DNA of 64,000 nucleotides. It comes from Chrysomallon squamiferum (lineage: Eukaryota > Animalia > Mollusca). The DNA lies in NCBI GenBank assembly GCA_012295275.1, contig CM022671.1:6014001-6078000 (forward strand), in the 5' to 3' direction. The notes beneath the pieces were generated by a model. The model had not been told where the DNA came from. It was given only the letters and a program-made list of their open reading frames with translations, and ran no database searches. Of the stretch, positions 57,560 to 64,000 are shown piece after piece. A program made the translations under genes and the position numbers. Position 1 is the first letter of the stretch, and every line of letters starts with the position of its first letter.

Positions 57560-57700
57560 GTTTTGAAGCGCAAATCAAGATAATTCCCGGAAATAGGACC
57601 TCTCGCGCATAATTAGGTAGTGCGCAAAAACAAAGTAATTTTCACTTCCGTCACAGACTCAGTGCACGACAGTCAACATGGCGGTGTCCTTCTTTCAGAA
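57560..57700 (+). promoter_or_regulatory. CpG-rich promoter-like island with STAT-type TTCCCGGAA, TCTCGCG, ETS-type CACTTCCG and YY1-type CAACATGGCGG
   Basis: Four housekeeping-promoter-type motifs within ~100 bp (57585-57684). The downstream gene was not identified. Confidence 0.5.
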
Positions 57701-57705
57701 CGTGT

Positions 57706-57750
<45 letters not shown>

Positions 57751-58274
57751 AATAATAATAATAATAATGATGATGATGAATTTATCCCCATCCTGATACG
57801 GTTCTTGGTGGTTTAAACTCATCAGAACAGTACAGAGATTACGAAGAAGAAAAGGGGCGTGGTATTATCAGGCAATCGACAGACGTGGGAGCGGGGGTAG
57901 AGAATTTGTCGCAAGCAAGCAGTACACCAGTAGCATTTGCCGCGGATGTTGTGGTGAAAGTGGAAACTTGTTTATGTCAGTGATCCCCAAAATAGGGCGT
58001 TTTTTTTCCATCAGAGGACTGCGACCACTTGAACATTTTATAATAAATTAAAATCCATACGTTATAAATAGATTTGTGTAATATTGTTTATATTTACATA
58101 TACAACAATAAGCACGTATTACAGCTGAAGAAGTATGTTTTATTTTTTTGAAAACTGGATATCACAAAAGAAGAGGAGATGAGAATTTTGGTAACAAAAT
58201 TAGTGTAAAAAAACCAAAAAACAAAAAACAACCCAAAAACACACGAACGGTTTTTAGTAACTAAAAAGATGTAT

Positions 58275-58326
<52 letters not shown>

Positions 58327-58868
58327 TTAACGTATTTCGTCTACGTGTGTGTTTCTACAGAATAAAAACGAACAATTGATTAATTTCGGTAATTCAATAT
58401 CCTGACAATGATTAAAAATGAAGTACAAATGAAGCGTCATCTAGCAGGAAGTCAAACATGACTAGTGTCTTACATTTGACTAGAACAAAAATCAATGCTA
58501 AAGCTTTTACAATAACAGAATAACAATAGACAAATTAATACTAAAAGAAAAGAAGAAAAATCGCACTTGAATATTTATTTATTTATTTATTTATTTTTAC
58601 AATACAGTATTTCTTATAAAACCCCTATGAAATGACCTTTGTATAAGAAATGTATTAATAAGAGTTTTTCTGAAAGATCAAGGTGACTCGTTTATTGATT
58701 TGATATTCAGATTATTTTGCAACAAGACAAAGTCAGTTTCCGTCGACGCAGCAGAAACATGAAATATGTTGTTATGTTGGAGTCGTTGTCTTCGAGGTTG
58801 TCATTCATCTACGATCTTAATTTTTAAATTTTATAAATTTAATCCTTTTTATTCTATAGACACAGCAA

Positions 58869-58937
<69 letters not shown>

Positions 58938-59752
58938 TTCTTTCTCACTGATTCTTTCTCTGTCTCTGATCTTTCCTCTCTATAAATATTTCTTCATTAT
59001 AAACATGTTATCTATTATTACTTATTTAAGATGAAAACAAATAAAAGCAAATAAAAACAAATTAGTAATTAAATAAATAAAAAAGAACTACATACGTAGA
59101 AATACATACACACACACATACATACATACATACATTCACACACATACATACATACATACACAAACACATAAACAAAGAAAAAAACTTAAAAATATATAAA
59201 TAAAATTATTTATTTTATGCATTTTATCAGAAATACGAGATTCTGGTTACTGAAAGCGTGTTCAGTACAGATAAAGGACAGATTCTGAAAACATGTTGTC
59301 CAGAGGCCACAATGAAAAAAAGAGAAAACTTTAACAGAATTGTGATCAGTGTACACTTGTCACGGTCTCTCATCTCTGAGATATTAATGTAAAATTTTCA
59401 TCAACACACTGTTCTGAACTCAAAACATTGTCTGATAGCTTGTTTAGGATTTTCTTCAACTTGATAGACTTATTTTATGCGAAACACACACAGACAGACA
59501 GATTTACAGTACACACAATGATAATAATAAAATAAAAAGACGAAAAACTTAATATACTTTCAAAGAAAGGTTTACAGAATAATCAGCTATTGCTATATAA
59601 TTTTCAACACTGGATTGTGTATGCATGCATGCATGTATGTATTGTATGTATATATATGTATGTATGTATATATGTATGTATGTATCTATGTTTGCATCGA
59701 TATATGTATGTATGTATGATTCTTATATGTATGTATGGATGGATGTGTGAGC

Positions 59753-59790
<38 letters not shown>

Positions 59791-60460
59791 AATGGATTGG
59801 TTTGTGTGTCTGTGTGTGTGTGTGTGTATATATATATGTATAAATAGATACAGATAGATAGATAGATAGATATTGATATGTTCAACCGAAAAGTGTTATA
59901 AAATATCCGAATATTACCAGTATCTACTGCACGCTACATTTTACAAATGCAGTAATAAGTATTAATACCAGAGACACATATTAAATACAACACCAATAAT
60001 CACATCATGACACGTGATATTTGTTGAAAGACTTGATGCGTAATATGATACAACATGATACTATACGATACGATACAGCCACGACAGAACACAATTCGAT
60101 TCGAAGTACTTGAAATGGATATTTCTCACGTTTCACGACGAATGACTAAGAAATCCAGAATATTGTAAACGTTCCAGGTTTTTTTTTAAAACACTGACGT
60201 TGTTCTAAACCAACCATTCATTTTGTTATTTATTTTATTTACGACAGACATTTCTTTGCCTCTACTTTCTAACTCGTCATACATACGTACTGAATGCACT
60301 CAGCGTGAATAATTGATGAGTTGGTCGGTAACACGCTGAAAAAGAATAATAAGTCTGTTATTGAACAATCGTTATGACAACAGACGTAGGTAAGAAGTGA
60401 CAGAAAAAAGGTCGGTTTTATGTAAAATATCGCCAAGGTTTTGTAAGAAGACGGAAGAAT

Positions 60461-60928
60461 CACAGACACGTAGTTTGTTGTTGTTGTGATGTTGTCTTTG
60501 TCAGACACGTATCTTGTTGTTGTGATGTTCTCTGTGTCAGACACGTAGCTTGTTGTTGTGATGTTGTCTTTGTCAGACACGTAGCTTGTTGTTGTGATGT
60601 TCTCTTTGTTAGACACGTATCTTGTTGTTGTGATGTTGTCTTTGTCAGACACGTAGCTTGTTGTTGTGATGTTGTCTTTGTCAGACACGTAGCTTGTTGT
60701 TGTGATGTTGTCTTTGTCAGACACGTAGCTTGTTGTTGTGATGTTCTCTGTCTTGTTGTTGTGATGTTGTCTTTGTCAGACACGTAGTTTGTTGTTGTGA
60801 TGTTGTCTTTGTCAGACACGTAGTTTGTTGTTGTGATGTTCTCTGTGTCAGACACGTAGTTTGTTGTTGTGATGTTGTCTTTGTCAGACACGTAGTTTGT
60901 TGTTGTGATGTTCTCTGTGTTAGATACG
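60461..60928. repeat. 36-bp minisatellite (TCAGACACGTAGCTTGTTGTTGTGATGTTGTCTTTG), ~13 copies
   Basis: Read directly; one truncated unit near 60750. Confidence 0.95.
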
Positions 60929-61041
60929 ATATTTGAGAGAAGAGATGCACACGTACATACATGAAAACAAACATACATTTACATATATACACACACACAT
61001 ACAAACATGTATATATTTACATACATATATACCTGTGTGTA

Positions 61042-61079
<38 letters not shown>

Positions 61080-63816
61080 CAAATACACATAATTGCATAC
61101 CTACATAATTACATATGTACATATACATACACACATGCATTTACATATACGCATATACATATACATGTGCATACACATATGCATACACGTACATATACAA
61201 ATACACACACGTATATATACACACACATATATATCTACATAGACATACATGCAAACATACACACACACACAAACATACATACATACATAAATACATACAC
61301 ACACATACACACGTCCACACGCATACATAAACACATATATACATACATACATACACAGCTATATTCAGAGAAGCCACACGTAAGTACAAATACACAGTAA
61401 GTGTGTGGGTTAACGTCGGAACAGAATTTTCCTTTGTGTCTTCAGACACGGCTCTGTTGTTCAAAGGTGCTGAGTAGACACGTAAATAATTTAATACACT
61501 GACGATCAATCGAACAGTCTGGAAACTCGGCTGTCTCTTAAATAATTCAGCATCGCTTAAAACCTTTTGGAAATAAGTAACATTAGTTCCGACTTGATGG
61601 GTCAGCTTTTACATACGTTTGTATTTGTTATTTGTATGTTAAACAGAAACCTTGAAATCCTTTTGATATTTGTTGAAGCATATTTTATAACCGTAATTTG
61701 AAATTCTGTGTCTTTTCTTTTCTTCTTCTTCTTTTCTTTACTTTTCTTTTTTCATTGCTGTTTCGTTTATCTTTTCAACTTCTCATTTATTTTCTTTCTT
61801 TTTTTTTTAATTTATTTCTTCCCATTTTCCTGCTTTCCTTCCCTCATCCCCGATTCCTTTATACCTTCGATTTTCTTTCTTTCATCTTTCGTTTTATCTT
61901 CCTTCGTTGCTTTTTTTTAATTTTTATCTGCTTTGGTATTTTCTATTTACTTTTGTATCTATCATTCACATCTAATTCGATGCAATCAAAGAAACATTAC
62001 GTTAAAGAACTGCAATTGTTTTATAGCTAAATGAAAAGAAGAAGAAAGAAATTAACTGAGGAGAGATGATTTCAAACGGTTTGATGTTGAACTGTGACAA
62101 TTGGTTTTAAAGCATCAAAGTGAATTTTTCACTTTATAACTTTTTTTTTTTTTTTATCCTCGTTTCCATGACGAATTTACAAAGACAAAGATAAAACTTC
62201 ACAATCTGACGTTTATCTGACAAAATAAAATATGTCAGATAGTTTATATCTATTTGTCAGCCTCCCTATCTGTCTCTCTGTCTCTCTGTTTGTCTGTTTT
62301 TCTGTCTGTCTCTCTGTTTATCTAACTCGATTGATATATATATCGACCAATCTGTTTATCTCTCAGTCTGTCGGTCTGTCTATCTATCTATCTATCTTTC
62401 TATCTATCTGTCTGTCCGTTTGTCTGTCTGTTTGTCTGTCTGTTTGTCTTACTGTCTGTTAGTCTGTGTGTTTATTTAGAGTGTTGGTCTATTTACCTAA
62501 CCGTCTGTCTCTTTATGTCTTCCTATTCATTTTATTTTATTTACTTATTTAAGTGTTATTTATTATTTTATTTTGTTTTATTTTATTTTACTTACTTATT
62601 TATTTATTTATTTATATTTTTATTTATTTTATTATTTTTATTTATTATTATTATTATTATTTATTTATTATTTGTTTGTTTATTTATTTCATAATAATTT
62701 CTTATTTTCTTTGAACCTTCAGATCAATGAAATATTATTAAACATTTAAAATGAAATAATTACCTCGTAATTATTCTTCAACTCAGATTATAAAAAATTC
62801 CATGATACATTTTATTTCACTCACAGAATTTACAGTATAATATGTAGAAAATATAAAATATAAATTAATATGTTAAATGACAGACGCTTCTCATAATCGT
62901 AATATAAGAATTAAATAATGTTTTGGTTTCCATAGTAACTAAACATGACATTCCTGATATAGAAACAGTTATTACATAGTTATGTTACTTTATCAATGAA
63001 CCCATTATGAAGAAAGTAAATGTGTTAAATAACAAGAAATAAAAAAATAAATAAATAACAAAAAAAAAAAAAAAAATAATAATAATAATAATAATAAAAT
63101 AAAATAAATAAATAAATACAAAAATAAAATAAATAAATAAGAAAAGAAGAAGAAAAAACAAACAAAACAGCTCTCCTAAAAATAAGAACAAAACAAAACA
63201 AATAAATAAAAAAAAATTGAATAATAAAATGAACATGTAAACCTACTGACTTTCTGTCAACATTTTCCCAAATGTTGAAATTTGAAATGTTTAAAAAAAT
63301 AATAATAATAAATAGTCATTGTAAGTACAAAAAAATGTGAAATAAAACAAAAATAAAAACAAAACAAAACAAAGAAACAAATAAAATACTATTGGTAACA
63401 GGAACAATTTTGAATTTACGTTTTAAATTTATTTTATTTTATTTATTTGTTTAACTAATTAAATGATCTTTTTATTTATTTATTCATTTATTTTGTTCTA
63501 AAATGAAATATTCTGTATTCTACAGTTCTAATAATACAAATGAAATCTTTATTATAGAAACAAAAGTCATGGTTCTGCAAAGTTATTACTAAATTTATTT
63601 GTAACTGTTATTGTTGTCATTGTTCTTATTGTTGTTGTTGTTTGTTTTGTTTTGTTTTGCTTAGGTATTGTTGTGGGGTTCTGTTGTTTTTTTGTTTTGT
63701 TTTTTTTGTTGTTAAAGTGTAAGTATATTGCAGACGTTAAGCATGTAGTTCAGTTAATAACGATCTTATATTTAATTATTTATTATTATTATTGTTGTTG
63801 TTGTTGTTTTTTTTAC

Positions 63817-63878
<62 letters not shown>

Positions 63879-64000
63879 TCTCTGAAACTGTATTTCCGGC
63901 TGTCTTAATAAATGTATTTGATATGCTTACAGATGATTTATTTATTTATTTTGTCTTGATAAATTGAATATATGTAGAGAGAAACAGAGAAATATTATAG

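Overview
Very AT-rich, microsatellite-dense eukaryotic DNA. It looks like an invertebrate animal, plausibly a mollusc (inferred from composition only). Nearly all tracked ORFs are simple-repeat artefacts. The left ~39 kb holds the 5' part of a minus-strand CAP-Gly domain linker protein gene (CLIP1/CLIP-170/restin, CLIP-190 family). I traced 12 coding exons from the ATG at 22126 to 295, all with GT-AG boundaries; the gene continues off the left edge. Phases agree except for one extra base in the second CAP-Gly domain (~17598). A probable non-coding first exon and promoter (NRF1 motif) lie at ~39.1-39.2 kb, where CpG depletion ends. Candidate alternative exons include a 9-nt microexon at the position of the vertebrate 11-aa insert, a conserved 35-aa restin-type exon, and an internal ATG exon that could give a CAP-Gly-less isoform. 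Several have adjacent UGCAUG motifs. The right part is intergenic-like. It contains a hAT-type non-autonomous element with a perfect 8-bp TSD whose interior expanded into a ~3.9-kb 22-bp satellite, a decayed DD34E Tc1 element, several minisatellites, rearranged dispersed repeats, and a motif-dense promoter-like island at ~57.6 kb. No prokaryote-type systems such as CRISPR are present.
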